Notes: generated from the sequence alone by a model not told the origin. Positions 37,500-53,600 are shown, counted from the stretch's first letter. The stretch is DNA of 64,000 bases from Eledone cirrhosa (GCA_964016885.1 OZ024741.1:400644001-400708000); one strand, 5' to 3'. Program-made: numbers and translations.

Positions 37500-40400
37500 T
37501 TAGGGTGCAAGATATAACCAGCTATTGAAGTTGACAGGTTTAGGGTGCAAGATATGACCAGCTATTGAAGTTGACAGTTTTAGTGTGAAAGATATGACCA
37601 GCTATTGAAGTTGACAGTTTTAGGGTGGAAGATATGACCAGCTATTGAAGTTGACAGTTTTAGTGTGAAAGATATGACCAGCTATTTAAGTTGACAGTTG
37701 TAGGGTTCAAGATATGACCACGTATGGAAGTTGACCGTTTTAGAGTGCAAGATATGACCAGCTATTGAAGTTCACAGTTTTAGAATAAAGGATATGACCA
37801 GCTATTGAAGTTGACAAATTTAGGGTGCAAGATATAACCAGCTATTGAAGTTGACAGTTTCAGGGTGAAAGATATGACCATCTATTGAAGTTGACAGTTT
37901 TAGAGTAAAGGATATGACCAGCTATTGAAGTTGACATTTTAGTGGGAAAGATATGACGAGCTATTGAAGTTGACAGTTTTATGGTGCAAGATATGACCAG
38001 CTATTAAAGTTGACAGTTTTAGTGTGAAAGATATGACCAGCTATTGAAGTGGACAGTTTTAGGGTGCAAGATATGACGAGCTATTGAAGTTGACAGTTTT
38101 AGGGTGCAAGATATGACAATCTTTTGAAGTTGACAGTTTTAGCGGGCAAGATTTGACCAGCTATTGAATTTGACAGTTTCAGGCTTCAAGATATGACCAG
38201 CTATTGAAGTTGACAGTTTAGGGTGCAAGATATAACCAGCTATTGAAGTTGACAGGTTTAGGGTGCAAGATATGACCAGCTATTGAAGTTGACAGTTTTA
38301 GTGTGAAACATATGACCACCTATTGAATTTGACAGTTTTAGGGTGGAAGATATGACCAGCTATTGAAGTTGAGAGTTTTAGGGTGCAAGATATGAACAGC
38401 TATTGAAGTGGACAGTTTTAGGGTGCAAGATATGACCAGCTATTGAAGTGGACAGTTTTAGGGTGCAAGATATGACCAGCTATTGAAGTTGACAGTTTTA
38501 TGGTGCAGGTTATGACGAGCTATTGAAGTTGACAGTTTTAGGGTGCAAGATATGACAATCTATTGAAGTTGACAGTTTTAGCGGGCAAGATATGACCAGC
38601 TATTGAATTTGACAGTTTCAGGCTTCAAGATATGACCAGCTATTGAAGTTGACAGTTTTAGGGTGCAAGATATGACCAGCTATTGAGGTTGACAGGTTTA
38701 GGGTGCAAGATATGGCCAGCTATTGAAGTTGACAGTTTTAGGGTGCAAGATATGACCAGCTATTGAAGTTGACAGTTTTAGCGTGCAAGATATGACCAGC
38801 TATTGAAGTTGACAGTTTCAGGGTGCAAGATATGACCAGCTATTGAAGTTAACAGTTTTAGTGTGAAATATATGACCAGCTATTGAAGTTGACAGTTTTA
38901 GCGTGCAAGATATGACCAGCTATTGAAGTTGACAGTTTCAGGGTGCAAGATATGACCAGCTATTGAAGTTAACAGTTTAGGGTGCAAGATATGACCAGCT
39001 ATTGAAGTTGACAGTTTTAGTGTGAAAGATATGACCAGCTATTGAAGTTGACAGTTTTAGGGTGGAAGATATGACCAGCTATTGAAGTTGACGGTTTTAG
39101 CGTGCAAGATATGAACAGCTATTGAAGTTGACAGTTTCAGGGTGCAGGATATGACCAGCTATTGAAGTTGACAGTTTTAGTGTGAAATATATGACCAGCT
39201 GTTGAAGTTGACAGTTTTAGCGTGCAAGATATGACCAGCTATTGAAGTTGACAGTTTCAGGGTGCAAGATATGACCAGCTATTGAAGTTAACAGTTTAGG
39301 GTGCAAGATATAACCAGCTATTGAAGTTGACAGGTTTAGGGTGCAAGATATGACCAGCTATTGAAGTTGACAGTTTTAGTGTGAAAGATATGACCAGCTA
39401 TTGAAGTTGACAGTTTTAGGGTGGAAGATATGACCAGCTATTGAAGTTGACAGTTTTAGTGTGAAAGATATGACCAGCTATTTAAGTTGACAGTTTTAGG
39501 GTGCAAGATATGACGAGCTATTGAAGTTGACAGTTTTAGAGTAAAGGATATGACCAGCTATTGAAGTTCACAGTTTTAGAATAAAGGATATGACCATCTA
39601 TTGAAGTTGACAGTTTTAGGGTGCAAGATATGACTAGCTATTGAAGTTGACAGTTTCAGGGTGCAAGATATGACCAGCTATTGAAGTTGACAGTTTTAGA
39701 GTAAAGGATATGACCAGCTATTGAAGTTCACAGTTTTAGAATAAAGGATATGACCAGCTATTAAAGTTGACAAATTTAGGGTGCAAGATATAACCAGCTA
39801 TTGAAGTTGACAGTTTCAGGGTGAAAGATATGACCATCTATTGAAGTTGACAGTTTTAGAGTAAAGGATATGACCAGCTATTGAAGTTGACATTTTAGTG
39901 GGAAAGATATGACGAGCTATTGAAGTTGACAGTTTTAGGGTGCAAGATATGACCAGCTATTGAAGTTGACAGTTTTAGTGTTTAAGATATGACCAGCTAT
40001 TGAAGTGGACAGTTTTAGGGTGCAAGATATGACGAGCTATTGAAGTTGACAGTTTTAGGGTGCAAGATATGACAATCTTTTGAAGTTGACAGTTTTAGCG
40101 GGCAAGATATGACCAGCTATTGAATTTGACAGTTTCAGGCTTCAAGATATGACCAGCTATTGAAGTCGACAGTTTAGGGTGCAAGATATAACCAGCTATT
40201 GAAGTTGACAGGTTTAGGGTGCAAGATATGACCAGCTATTGAGGTTGACAGTTTTAGTGTGAAAGATATGACCAGCTATTGAATTTGACAGTTTTAGGGT
40301 GGAAGATATGACCAGCTATTGAAGTTGAGAGTTTTAGGGTGCAAGATATGAACAGCTATTGAAGTGGACAGTTTTAGGGTGCAAGATATGACCAGCTATT

Positions 40401-43400
40401 GAGGTTGACAGGTTTAGGGTGCAAGATATGGCCAGCTATTGAAGTTGACAGTTTTAGGGTGCAAGATATGACCAGCTATTGAAGTTGACAGTTTTATGGT
40501 GCAAGATATGACGAGCTATTGAAGTTGACAGTTTTAGGGTGCAAGATATGACAATCTATTGAAGTTGACAGTTTTAGCGGGCAAGATATGACCAGCTATT
40601 GAATTTGACAGTTTCAGGCTTCAAGATATGACCAGCTATTGAAGTTGACAGTTTTAGGGTGCAAGATATGACCAGCTATTGAGGTTGACAGGTTTAGGGT
40701 GCAAGATATGGCCAGCTATTGAAGTTGACAGTTTTAGGGTGCAAGATATGACCAGCTATTGAAGTTGACAGTTTTAGCGTGCAAGATATGACCAGCTATT
40801 GAAGTTGACAGTTTCAGGGTGCAAGATATGACCAGCTATTGAAGTTAACAGTTTTAGTGTGAAATATATGACCAGCTATTGAAGTTGACAGTTTTAGCGT
40901 GCAAGATATGACCAGCTATTGAAGTTGACAGTTTCACGGTGCAAGATATGACCAGCTATTGAAGTTAACAGTTTAGGGTGCAAGATATGACCAGCTATTG
41001 AAGTTGACAGTTTTAGTGTGAAAGATATGACCAGCTATTGAAGTTGACAGTTTTAGGGTGGAAGATATGAACAGCTATTGAAGTTGACAGTTTCAGGGTG
41101 CAAGATATGACCAGCTATTGAAGTTGACAGTTTTAGTGTGAAATATATGACCAACTGTTGAAGTTGACAGTTTTAGCGTGCAAGATATGACCAGCTATTA
41201 AAGTTGACAGTTTCAGGGTGCAAGATATGACCAGCTATTGAAGTTAACAGTTTAGGGTGCAAGATATAACCAGCTATTGAAGTTGACAGGTTTAGGGTGC
41301 AAGATATGACCAGCTATTGAAGTTGACAGTTTTAGTGTGAAAGATATGACCAGCTATTGAAGTTGACAGTTTTAGGGTGGAAGATATGACCAGCTATTGA
41401 AGTTGACAGTTTTAGTGTGAAAGATATGACCAGCTATTGAAGTTGACAGTTTTAGGGTGCAAGATATGACGAGCTATTGAAGTTGTCAGTTTTAGGGTGC
41501 ATAATATGACGAGCTATTAAAGTTCACAGTTTTAGAGTAAAGGATATGACCAGCTATTGAAGTTCACAGTTTTAGAATAAAGGATATGACCAGCTATTGA
41601 TGTTGACAGTTTTAGGGTGCAAGATATGACTAGCTATTGAAGTTGACAGTTTCAGGGTGCAAGATATGACCAGCTATTGAAGTTGACAGTTTTAGAGTAA
41701 AGGATATGACCAGCTATTGAAGTTCACAGTTTTAGAATAAAGGATATGACCAGCTATTGAAGTTGACAAATTTAGGGTGCAAGATATAACCAGCCATTGA
41801 AGTTGACAGTTTCAGGGTGCAAGATATGACTAGCTATTGAAGTTGACAGTTTTAGGGTGAAAGATATGACCATCTATTGAAGTTGACAGTTTTAGAGTAA
41901 GGGATATGACCAGCTATTGAAGTTGACATTTTAGTGGGAAAGATATGACGAGCTATTGAAGTTGACAGTTTTAGGGTGCAAGATATGACCAGCTATTGAA
42001 GTTGACAGTTTTAGGGTGCAAGATATAACCAGCTATTGAAGTTGACAGGTTTAGGGTGCAAGATATGACCAGCTATTGAAGTTGACAGTTTTAGTGTGAA
42101 AGATATGACCAGCTATTGAAGTTGACAATTTTAGGGTGGAAGATATGACCAGCTATTGAAGTTGACAGTTTTAGTGTGAAAGATATGACCAGCTCTTTAA
42201 GTTGACAGTTGTAGGGTTCAAGATATGACCACGTATGGAAGTTGACCGTTTTAGAGTGCAAGATATGACCAGCTATTGAAGTTCACAGTTTTAGAATAAA
42301 GGATATGACCAGCTATTGAAGTTGACAAATTTAGGGTGCAAGATATAACCAGCTATTGAAGTTGACAGTTTCAGGGTGAAAGATATGACCATCTATTGAA
42401 GTTGACAGTTTTAGAGTAAAGGATATGACCAGCTATTGAAGTTGACATTTTAGTGGGAAAGATATGACGAGCTATTGAAGTTGACAGTTTTATGGTGCAA
42501 GATATGACCAGCTATTAAAGTTGACAGTTTTAGTGTGAAAGATATGACCAGCTATTGAAGTGGACAGTTTTAGGGTGCAAGATATGACGAGCTATTGAAG
42601 TTGACAGTTTTAGGGTGCAAGATATGACAATCTTTTGAAGTTGACAGTTTTAGCGGGCAAGATTTGACCAGCTATTGAATTTGACAGTTTCAGGCTTCAA
42701 GATATGACCAGCTATTGAAGTTGACAGTTTAGGGTGCAAGATATAACCAGCTATTGAAGTTGACAGGTTTAGGGTGCAAGATATGACCAGCTATTGAAGT
42801 TGACAGTTTTAGTGTGAAACATATGACCACCTATTGAATTTGACAGTTTTAGGGTGGAAGATATGACCAGCTATTGAAGTTGAGAGTTTTAGGGTGCAAG
42901 ATATGAACAGCTATTGAAGTGGACAGTTTTAGGGTGCAAGATATGACCAGCTATTGAAGTGGACAGTTTTAGGGTGCAAGATATGACCAGCTATTGAAGT
43001 TGACAGTTTTATGGTGCAAGATATGACGAGCTATTGAAGTTGACAGTTTTAGGGTGCAAGATATGACAATCTATTGAAGTTGACAGTTTTAGCGGGCAAG
43101 ATATGACCAGCTATTGAATTTGACAGTTTCAGGCTTCAAGATATGACCAGCTATTGAAGTTGACAGTTTTAGGGTGCAAGATATGACCAGCTATTGAGGT
43201 TGACAGGTTTAGGGTGCAAGATATGGCCAGCTATTGAAGTTGACAGTTTTAGGGTGCAAGATATGACCAGCTATTGAAGTTGACAGTTTCAGGGTGCAAG
43301 ATATGACCAGCTATTGAAGTTAACAGTTTTAGTGTGAAATATATGACCAGCTATTGAAGTTGACAGTTTTAGCGTGCAAGATATGACCAGCTATTGAAGT

Positions 43401-46400
43401 TGACAGTTTCAGGGTGCAAGATATGACCAGCTATTGAAGTTAACAGTTTAGGGTGCAAGATATGACCAGCTATTGAAGTTGACAGTTTTAGTGTGAAAGA
43501 TATGACCAGCTATTGAAGTTGACAGTTTTAGGGTGGAAGATATGACCAGCTATTGAAGTTGACGGTTTTAGCGTGCAAGATATGAACAGCTATTGAAGTT
43601 GACAGTTTCAGGGTGCAGGATATGACCAGCTATTGAAGTTGACAGTTTTAGTGTGAAATATATGACCAGCTGTTGAAGTTGACAGTTTTAGCGTGCAAGA
43701 TATGACCAGCTATTGAAGTTGACAGTTTCAGGGTGCAAGATATGACCAGCTATTGAAGTTAACAGTTTAGGGTGCAAGATATAACCAGCTATTGAAGTTG
43801 ACAGGTTTAGGGTGCAAGATATGACCAGCTATTGAAGTTGACAGTTTTAGTGTGAAAGATATGACCAGCTATTGAAGTTGACAGTTTTAGGGTGGAAGAT
43901 ATGACCAGCTATTGAAGTTGACAGTTTTAGTGTGAAAGATATGACCAGCTATTTAAGTTGACAGTTTTAGGGTGCAAGATATGACGAGCTATTGAAGTTG
44001 ACAGTTTTAGAGTAAAGGATATGACCAGCTATTGAAGTTCACAGTTTTAGAATAAAGGATATGACCAGCTATTGAAGTTGACAGTTTTAGGGTGCAAGAT
44101 ATGACTAGCTATTGAAGTTGACAGTTTCAGGGTGCAAGATATGACCAGCTATTGAAGTTGACAGTTTTAGAGTAAAGGATATGACCAGCTATTGAAGTTC
44201 ACAGTTTTAGAATAAAGGATATGACCAGCTATTAAAGTTGACAAATTTAGGGTGCAAGATATAACCAGCTATTGAAGTTGACAGTTTCAGGGTGAAAGAT
44301 ATGACCATCTATTGAAGTTGACAGTTTTAGAGTAAAGGATATGACCAGCTATTGAAGTTGACATTTTAGTGGGAAAGATATGACGAGCTATTGAAGTTGA
44401 CAGTTTTAGGGTGCAAGATATGACCAGCTATTGAAGTTGACAGTTTTAGTGTGAAAGATATGACCAGCTATTGAAGTGGACAGTTTTAGGGTGCAAGATA
44501 TGACGAGCTATTGAAGTTGACAGTTTTAGGGTGCAAGATATGACAATCTTTTGAAGTTGACAGTTTTAGCGGGCAAGATATGACCAGCTATTGAATTTGA
44601 CAGTTTCAGGCTTCAAGATATGACCAGCTATTGAAGTCGACAGTTTAGGGTGCAAGATATAACCAGCTATTGAAGTTGACAGGTTTAGGGTGCAAGATAT
44701 GACCAGCTATTGAGGTTGACAGTTTTAGTGTGAAAGATATGACCAGCTATTGAATTTGACAGTTTTAGGGTGGAAGATATGACCAGCTATTGAAGTTGAG
44801 AGTTTTAGGGTGCAAGATATGAACAGCTATTGAAGTGGACAGTTTTAGGGTGCAAGATATGACCAGCTATTGAGGTTGACAGGTTTAGGGTGCAAGATAT
44901 GGCCAGCTATTGAAGTTGACAGTTTTAGGGTGCAAGATATGACCAGCTATTGAAGTTGACAGTTTTATGGTGCAAGATATGACGAGCTATTGAAGTTGAC
45001 AGTTTTAGGGTGCAAGATATGACAATCTATTGAAGTTGACAGTTTTAGCGGGCAAGATATGACCAGCTATTGAATTTGACAGTTTCAGGCTTCAAGATAT
45101 GACCAGCTATTGAAGTTGACAGTTTTAGGGTGCAAGATATGACCAGCTATTGAGGTTGACAGGTTTAGGGTGCAAGATATGGCCAGCTATTGAAGTTGAC
45201 AGTTTTAGGGTGCAAGATATGACCAGCTATTGAAGTTGACAGTTTTAGCGTGCAAGATATGACCAGCTATTGAAGTTGACAGTTTCAGGGTGCAAGATAT
45301 GACCAGCTATTGAAGTTAACAGTTTTAGTGTGAAATATATGACCAGCTATTGAAGTTGACAGTTTTAGCGTGCAAGATATGACCAGCTATTGAAGTTGAC
45401 AGTTTCACGGTGCAAGATATGACCAGCTATTGAAGTTAACAGTTTAGGGTGCAAGATATGACCAGCTATTGAAGTTGACAGTTTTAGTGTGAAAGATATG
45501 ACCAGCTATTGAAGTTGACAGTTTTAGGGTGGAAGATATGAACAGCTATTGAAGTTGACAGTTTCAGGGTGCAAGATATGACCAGCTATTGAAGTTGACA
45601 GTTTTAGTGTGAAATATATGACCAACTGTTGAAGTTGACAGTTTTAGCGTGCAAGATATGACCAGCTATTAAAGTTGACAGTTTCAGGGTGCAAGATATG
45701 ACCAGCTATTGAAGTTAACAGTTTAGGGTGCAAGATATAACCAGCTATTGAAGTTGACAGGTTTAGGGTGCAAGATATGACCAGCTATTGAAGTTGACAG
45801 TTTTAGTGTGAAAGATATGACCAGCTATTGAAGTTGACAGTTTTAGGGTGGAAGATATGACCAGCTATTGAAGTTGACAGTTTTAGTGTGAAAGATATGA
45901 CCAGCTATTGAAGTTGACAGTTTTAGGGTGCAAGATATGACGAGCTATTGAAGTTGTCAGTTTTAGGGTGCATAATATGACGAGCTATTAAAGTTCACAG
46001 TTTTAGAGTAAAGGATATGACCAGCTATTGAAGTTCACAGTTTTAGAATAAAGGATATGACCAGCTATTGATGTTGACAGTTTTAGGGTGCAAGATATGA
46101 CTAGCTATTGAAGTTGACAGTTTCAGGGTGCAAGATATGACCAGCTATTGAAGTTGACAGTTTTAGAGTAAAGGATATGACCAGCTATTGAAGTTCACAG
46201 TTTTAGAATAAAGGATATGACCAGCTATTGAAGTTGACAAATTTAGGGTGCAAGATATAACCAGCCATTGAAGTTGACAGTTTCAGGGTGCAAGATATGA
46301 CTAGCTATTGAAGTTGACAGTTTTAGGGTGAAAGATATGACCATCTATTGAAGTTGACAGTTTTAGAGTAAGGGATATGACCAGCTATTGAAGTTGACAT

Positions 46401-46460
46401 TTTAGTGGGAAAGATATGACGAGCTATTGAAGTTGACAGTTTTAGGGTGCAAGATATGAC
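37500..46460 (+). repeat. Higher-order tandem duplication, period 4,511/4,471 bp (113/112 monomers)
   Basis: ACCACGTATGG 37717/42228 (+4511); GAAGTCGAC 40162/44633 and CATAATATGA 41500/45971 (+4471, one monomer lost near 43.3 kb). Confidence 0.87.
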
Positions 46461-49400
46461 CAGCTATTGAAGTTGACAGTTTTAGTGTGAAAGATATGAC
46501 CAGCTATTGAAGTGGACAGTTTTAGGGTGCAAGATATAACCAGCTATTGAAGTTGACAGTTTTAGGGTGCAAGATATGACCAGCTATTGAGGTTGACAGG
46601 TTTAGGGTGCAAGATATGGCCAGCTATTGAAGTTGACAGTTTTAGGGTGCAAGATATGACCAGCTATTGAAGTTGACAGTTTTATGGTGCAAGATATGAC
46701 GAGCTATTGAAGTTGACAGTTTTAGGGTGCAAGATATGACAATCTATTGAAGTTGACAGTTTTAGCGGGCAAGATATGACCAGCTATTGAATTTGACAGT
46801 TTCAGGCTTCAAGATATGGCCAGCTATTGAAGTTGACAGTTTTAGGGTGCAAGATATGACCAGCTATTGAAGTTGACAGTTTTAGCGTGCAAGATATGAC
46901 CAGCTATTGAAGTTGACAGTTTTAGGGTGGAAAATATGACCAGCTATTGAAGTTGACAGTTTTAGGGTGCAAGATATGACGAGCTATTGAAGTTGTCAGT
47001 TTTAGGGTGCAAGATATGACCAGCTATTGAAGTTGACAGTTTTAGTGTGAAATATATGACCAGCTGTTGAAGTTGACAGTTTTAGCGTGCAAGATATGAC
47101 CAGCTATTGAAGTTGACAGTTTCAGGGTGCAAGATATGACCAGCTATTGAAGTTAACAGTTTAGGGTGCAAGATATAACCAGCTATTGAAGTTGACAGGT
47201 TTAGGGTGCAAGATATGACCAGCTATTGAAGTTGACAGTTTTAGTGTGAAAGATATGACCAGCTATTGAAGTTGACAGTTTTAGGGTGGAAGATATGACC
47301 AGCTATTGAAGTTGACAGTTTTAGTGTGAAAGATATGACCAGCTATTTAAGTTGACAGTTTTAGGGTGCAAGATATGACGAGCTATTGAAGTTGACAGTT
47401 TTAGAGTAAAGGATATGACCAGCTATTGAAGTTCACAGTTTTAGAATAAAGGATATGACCAGCTATTGAAGTTGACAGTTTTAGGGTGCAAGATATGACT
47501 AGCTATTGAAGTTGACAGTTTTAGGGTGCAAGATATGACCAGCTATTGAAGTTGACAGTTTTAGAGTAAAGGATATGACCAGCTATTGAAGTTCACAGTT
47601 TTAGAATAAAGGATATGACCAGCTATTGAAGTTGACAAATTTAAGGTGCAAGATATAACCAGCTATTGAAGTTGACAGTTTCAGGGTGAAAGATATGACC
47701 ATCTATTGAAGTTGACAGTTTTAGAGTAAAGGATATGACCAGCTATTGAAGTTGACATTTTAGTGGGAAAGATATGACGAGCTATTGAAGTTGACAGTTT
47801 TAGGGTGCAAGATATGACAATCTATTGAAGTTGACAGTTTTAGCGGGCAAGATATGACCAGCTATTGAATTTGACAGTTTCAGGCTTCAAGATATGACCA
47901 GCTATTGAAGTTGACAGTTTTAGGGTGCAAGATATGACCAGCTATTGAGGTTGACAGGTTTAGGGTGCAAGATATGGCCAGCTATTGAAGTTGACAGTTT
48001 TAGGGTGCAAGATATGACCAGCTATTGAAGTTGACAGTTTTAGCGTGCAAGATATGACCAGCTATTGAAGTTGACAGTTTCAGGGTGCAAGATATGACCA
48101 GCTATTGAAGTTAACAGTTTTAGTGTGAAATATATGACCAGCTATTGAAGTTGACAGTTTTAGCGTGCAAGATATGACCAGCTATTGAAGTTGACAGTTT
48201 CACGGTGCAAGATATGACCAGCTATTGAAGTTAACAGTTTAGGGTGCAAGATATGACCAGCTATTGAAGTTGACAGTTTTAGTGTGAAAGATATGACCAG
48301 CTATTGAAGTTGACAGTTTTAGGGTGGAAGATATGAACAGCTATTGAAGTTGACAGTTTCAGGGTGCAAGATATGACCAGCTATTGAAGTTGACAGTTTT
48401 AGTGTGAAATATATGACCAACTGTTGAAGTTGACAGTTTTAGCGTGCAAGATATGACCAGCTATTAAAGTTGACAGTTTCAGGGTGCAAGATATGACCAG
48501 CTATTGAAGTTAACAGTTTAGGGTGCAAGATATAACCAGCTATTGAAGTTGACAGGTTTAGGGTGCAAGATATGACCAGCTATTGAAGTTGACAGTTTTA
48601 GTGTGAAAGATATGACCAGCTATTGAAGTTGACAGTTTTAGGGTGGAAGATATGACCAGCTATTGAAGTTGACAGTTTTAGTGTGAAAGATATGACCAGC
48701 TATTGAAGTTGACAGTTTTAGGGTGCAAGATATGACGAGCTATTGAAGTTGTCAGTTTTAGGGTGCATAATATGACGAGCTATTAAAGTTCACAGTTTTA
48801 GAGTAAAGGATATGACCAGCTATTGAAGTTCACAGTTTTAGAATAAAGGATATGACCAGCTATTGATGTTGACAGTTTTAGGGTGCAAGATATGACTAGC
48901 TATTGAAGTTGACAGTTTCAGGGTGCAAGATATGACCAGCTATTGAAGTTGACAGTTTTAGAGTAAAGGATATGACCAGCTATTGAAGTTCACAGTTTTA
49001 GAATAAAGGATATGACCAGCTATTGAAGTTGACAAATTTAGGGTGCAAGATATAACCAGCCATTGAAGTTGACAGTTTCAGGGTGCAAGATATGACTAGC
49101 TATTGAAGTTGACAGTTTTAGGGTGAAAGATATGACCATCTATTGAAGTTGACAGTTTTAGAGTAAGGGATATGACCAGCTATTGAAGTTGACATTTTAG
49201 TGGGAAAGATATGACGAGCTATTGAAGTTGACAGTTTTAGGGTGCAAGATATGACCAGCTATTGAAGTTGACAGTTTTAGTGTGAAAGATATGACCAGCT
49301 ATTGAAGTGGACAGTTTTAGGGTGCAAGATATAACCAGCTATTGAAGTTGACAGTTTTAGGGTGCAAGATATGACCAGCTATTGAGGTTGACAGGTTTAG

Positions 49401-50600
49401 GGTGCAAGATATGGCCAGCTATTGAAGTTGACAGTTTTAGGGTGCAAGATATGACCAGCTATTGAAGTTGACAGTTTTATGGTGCAAGATATGACGAGCT
49501 ATTGAAGTTGACAGTTTTAGGGTGCAAGATATGACAATCTATTGAAGTTGACAGTTTTAGCGGGCAAGATATGACCAGCTATTGAATTTGACAGTTTCAG
49601 GCTTCAAGATATGGCCAGCTATTGAAGTTGACAGTTTTAGGGTGCAAGATATGACCAGCTATTGAAGTTGACAGTTTTAGCGTGCAAGATATGACCAGCT
49701 ATTGAAGTTTACAGTTTTAGGGTGGAAAATATGACCAGCTATTGAAGTTGACAGTTTTAGGGTGCAAGATATGACGAGCTATTGAAGTTGTCAGTTTTAG
49801 GGTGCAAGATATGACCAGCTGTTGAAGTTGACAGTTTTAGTGTGAAATATATGACCAGCTGTTGAAGTTGACAGTTTTAGCGTGCAAGATATGACCAGCT
49901 ATTGAAGTTGACAGTTTCAGGGTGCAAGATATGACCAGCTATTGAAGTTAACAGTTTAGGGTGCAAGATATAACCAGCTATTGAAGTTGACAGGTTTAGG
50001 GTGCAAGATATGACCAGCTATTGAAGTTGACAGTTTTAGTGTGAAAGATATGACCAGCTATTGAAGTTGACAGTTTTAGGGTGGAAGATATGACCAGCTA
50101 TTGAAGTTGACAGTTTTAGTGTGAAAGATATGACCAGCTATTTAAGTTGACAGTTTTAGGGTGCAAGATATGACGAGCTATTGAAGTTGACAGTTTTAGA
50201 GTAAAGGATATGACCAGCTATTGAAGTTCACAGTTTTAGAATAAAGGATATGACCAGCTATTGAAGTTGACAGTTTTAGGGTGCAAGATATGACTAGCTA
50301 TTGAAGTTGACAGTTTTAGGGTGCAAGATATGACCAGCTATTGAAGTTGACAGTTTTAGAGTAAAGGATATGACCAGCTATTGAAGTTCACAGTTTTAGA
50401 ATAAAGGATATGACCAGCTATTGAAGTTGACAAATTTAAGGTGCAAGATATAACCAGCTATTGAAGTTGACAGTTTCAGGGTGAAAGATATGACCATCTA
50501 TTGAAGTTGACAGTTTTAGAGTAAAGGATATGACCAGCTATTGAAGTTGACATTTTAGTGGGAAAGATATGACGAGCTATTGAAGTTGACAGTTTTAGGG
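44990..50600 (+). repeat. Higher-order tandem duplication, period 2,795 bp (~70 monomers)
   Basis: CATAATATGA 45971/48766; GGAAAATATG and AAATTTAAGG variants recur at the same offset. Boundaries approximate. Confidence 0.82.
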
Positions 50601-53600
50601 TGCAAGATATGACCAGCTATTGAAGTTGACAGTTTTAGTGTGAAAGATATGACCAGCTATTGAAGTGGACAGTTTTAGGGTGCAAGATATGACGAGCTAT
50701 TGAAGTTGACAGTTTTAGGGTGCAAGATATGACAATCTTTTGAAGTTGACAGTTTTAGCGGGCAAGATATGACCAGCTATTGAATTTGACAGTTTCAGGC
50801 TTCAAGATATGACCAGCTATTGAAGTCGACAGTTTAGGGTGCAAGATATAACCAGTTATTGAAGTTGACAGGTTTAGGGTGCAAGATATGACCAGCTATT
50901 GAAGTTGACAGTTTTAGTGTGAAAGATATGACCAGCTATTGAATTTGACAGTTTTAGGGTGGAAGATATGACCAGCTATTGAAGTTGAGAGTTTTAGGGT
51001 GCAAGATATGAACAGCTATTGAAGTGGACAGTTTTAGGGTGCAAGATATGACCAGCTATTGAGGTTGACAGGTTTAGGGTGCAAGATATGGCCAGCTATT
51101 GAAGTTGACAGTTTTAGGGTGCAAGATATGACCAGCTATTGAAGTTGACAGTTTTATGGTGCAAGATATGACGAGCTATTGAAGTTGACAGTTTTAGGGT
51201 GCAAGATATGACAATCTATTGAAGTTGACAGTTTTAGCCGGCAAGATATGACCAGCTATTGAATTTGACAGTTTCAGGCTTCAAGATATGACCAGCTATT
51301 GAAGTTGACAGTTTTAGGGTGCAAGATATGACCAGCTATTGAGGTTGACAGGTTTAGGGTGCAAGATATGGCCAGCTATTGAAGTTGACAGTTTTAGGGT
51401 GCAAGATATGACCAGCTATTGAAGTTGACAGTTTTAGCGTGCAAGATATGACCAGCTATTGAAGTTGACAGTTTCAGGGTGCAAGATATGACCAGCTATT
51501 GAAGTTGACAGTTTTAGTGTGAAATATATGACCAGCTATTGAAGTTGACAGTTTTAGCGTGCAAGATATGACCAGCTATTGAAGTTGACAGTTTCACGGT
51601 GCAAGATATGACCAGCTATTGAAGTTAACAGTTTAGGGTGCATGATATGACCAGCTATTGAAGTTGACAGTTTTAGTGTGAAAGATATGACCAGCTATTG
51701 AAGTTGACAGTTTTAGGGTGGAAGATATGAACAGCTATTGAAGTTGACAGTTTTAGTGTGAAATATATGACTAGCTGTTGAAGTTGACAGTTTTAGCGTG
51801 CAAGATATGACCAGCTATTGAAGTTGACAGTTTCAGGGTGCAAGATATGACCAGCTATTGAAGTTAACAGTTTAGGGTGCAAGATATAACCAGCTATTGA
51901 AGTTGACAGGTTTAGTGTGAAAGATATGACCAGCTATTGAAGTTGACAGTTTTAGGGTGGAAGATATGACCAGCTATTGATGTTGACAGTTTTAGTGTGA
52001 AAGATATGACCAGCTATTGAAGTTGACAGTTTTAGGGTGCAAGATATGACGAGCTATTGAAGTTGTCAATTTTAGGGTGCAAGATATGACGAGCTAATGA
52101 AGTTGACAGTTTTAGAGTAAAGGATATGACCAGCTATTGAAGTTCACAGTTTTAGAATAAAGGATATGACCAGCTATTGAAGTTGACAGTTTTAGGGTGC
52201 AAGATATGACTAGCTATTGAAGTTGACAGTTTTAGGGTGCAAGATATGACCAGCTATTGAAGTTGACAGTTTTAGAGTAAAGGATATGACCAGCTATTGA
52301 AGTTCACAGTTTTAGAATAAAGGATATGACCAGCTATTGAAGTTCACAGTTTTAGAATAAAGGATATGACCAGCTATTGAAGTTGACAGTTTTAGGGTGC
52401 AAGATATGACTAGCTATTGAAGTTGACAGTTTCAGGGTGCAAGATATGACCAGCTATTGAAGTTGACAGTTTTAGAGTAAAGGATATGACCAGCTATTGA
52501 AGTTCACAATTTTAGAATAAAGGATATGACCAGCTATTGAAGTTGACAGATTTAGGGTGCAAGATATATCCAGCTATTGAAGTTGACAGTTTCAGGGTGC
52601 AAGATATGACTAGCTATTGAAGTTGACAGTTTTAGGGTGAAAGATATGACCATCTATTGAAGTTGACAGTTTTAGAGTAAAGGATATGACCAGCTATTGA
52701 AGTTGACATTTTAGTGGGAAAGATATGACGAGCTATTGAAGTTGACAGTTTTAGGGTGCAAGATATGACCAGCTATTGAAGTTGACAGTTTTAGTGTGAA
52801 AGATATGACCAGCTATTGAAGTGGACAGTTTTAGGGTGCAAGATATAACCAGCTATTGAAGTTGACAGTTTTAGGGTGCAAGATATGACCAGCTATTGAG
52901 GTTGACAGGTTTAGGGTGCAAGATATGGCCTGCTATTGAAGTTGACAGTTTTAGGGTGCAAGATATGACCAGCTATTGAAGTTAACAGTTTTATGGTGCA
53001 AGATATGACGAGCTATTGAAGTTGACAGTTTTAGCGGGCAAGATATGACCAGCTATTGAATTTGACAGTTTCAGGCTTCAAGATATGACCAGCTATTGAA
53101 GTTGACAGTTTTAGGGTGCAAGATATGACCAGCTATTGAGGTTGACAGGTTTAGGGTGCAAGATATGGCCAGCTATTGAAGTTGACAGTTTTAGGGTGCA
53201 AGATATGACCAGCTATTGAAGCTGACAGTTTTAGCGTGCAAGATATGACCAGCTATTGAAGTTGACAGTTTTAGGGTGGAAGATATGACCAGCTATTGAA
53301 GTTGACAGTTTTAGTGTGAAAGATATGACCAGCTATTGAAGTTGACAGTTTTAGGGTGCAAGATATGACGAGCTATTGAAGTTGTCAGTTTTAGGGTGCA
53401 AGATATGACGAGCTATTGAAGTTGACAGTTTTAGAGTAAAGGATATGACCAGCTATTGAAGTTGACAAATTTAGGGTGCAAGATATAACCAGCTATTGAA
53501 GTTGACAGTTTCAGGGTGCAAGATATGACAAGCTATTGAAGTTGACAGTTTTAGGGTGCAAGATATGACCAGCTATTGAAGTTGACAGTTTTAGAGAAAA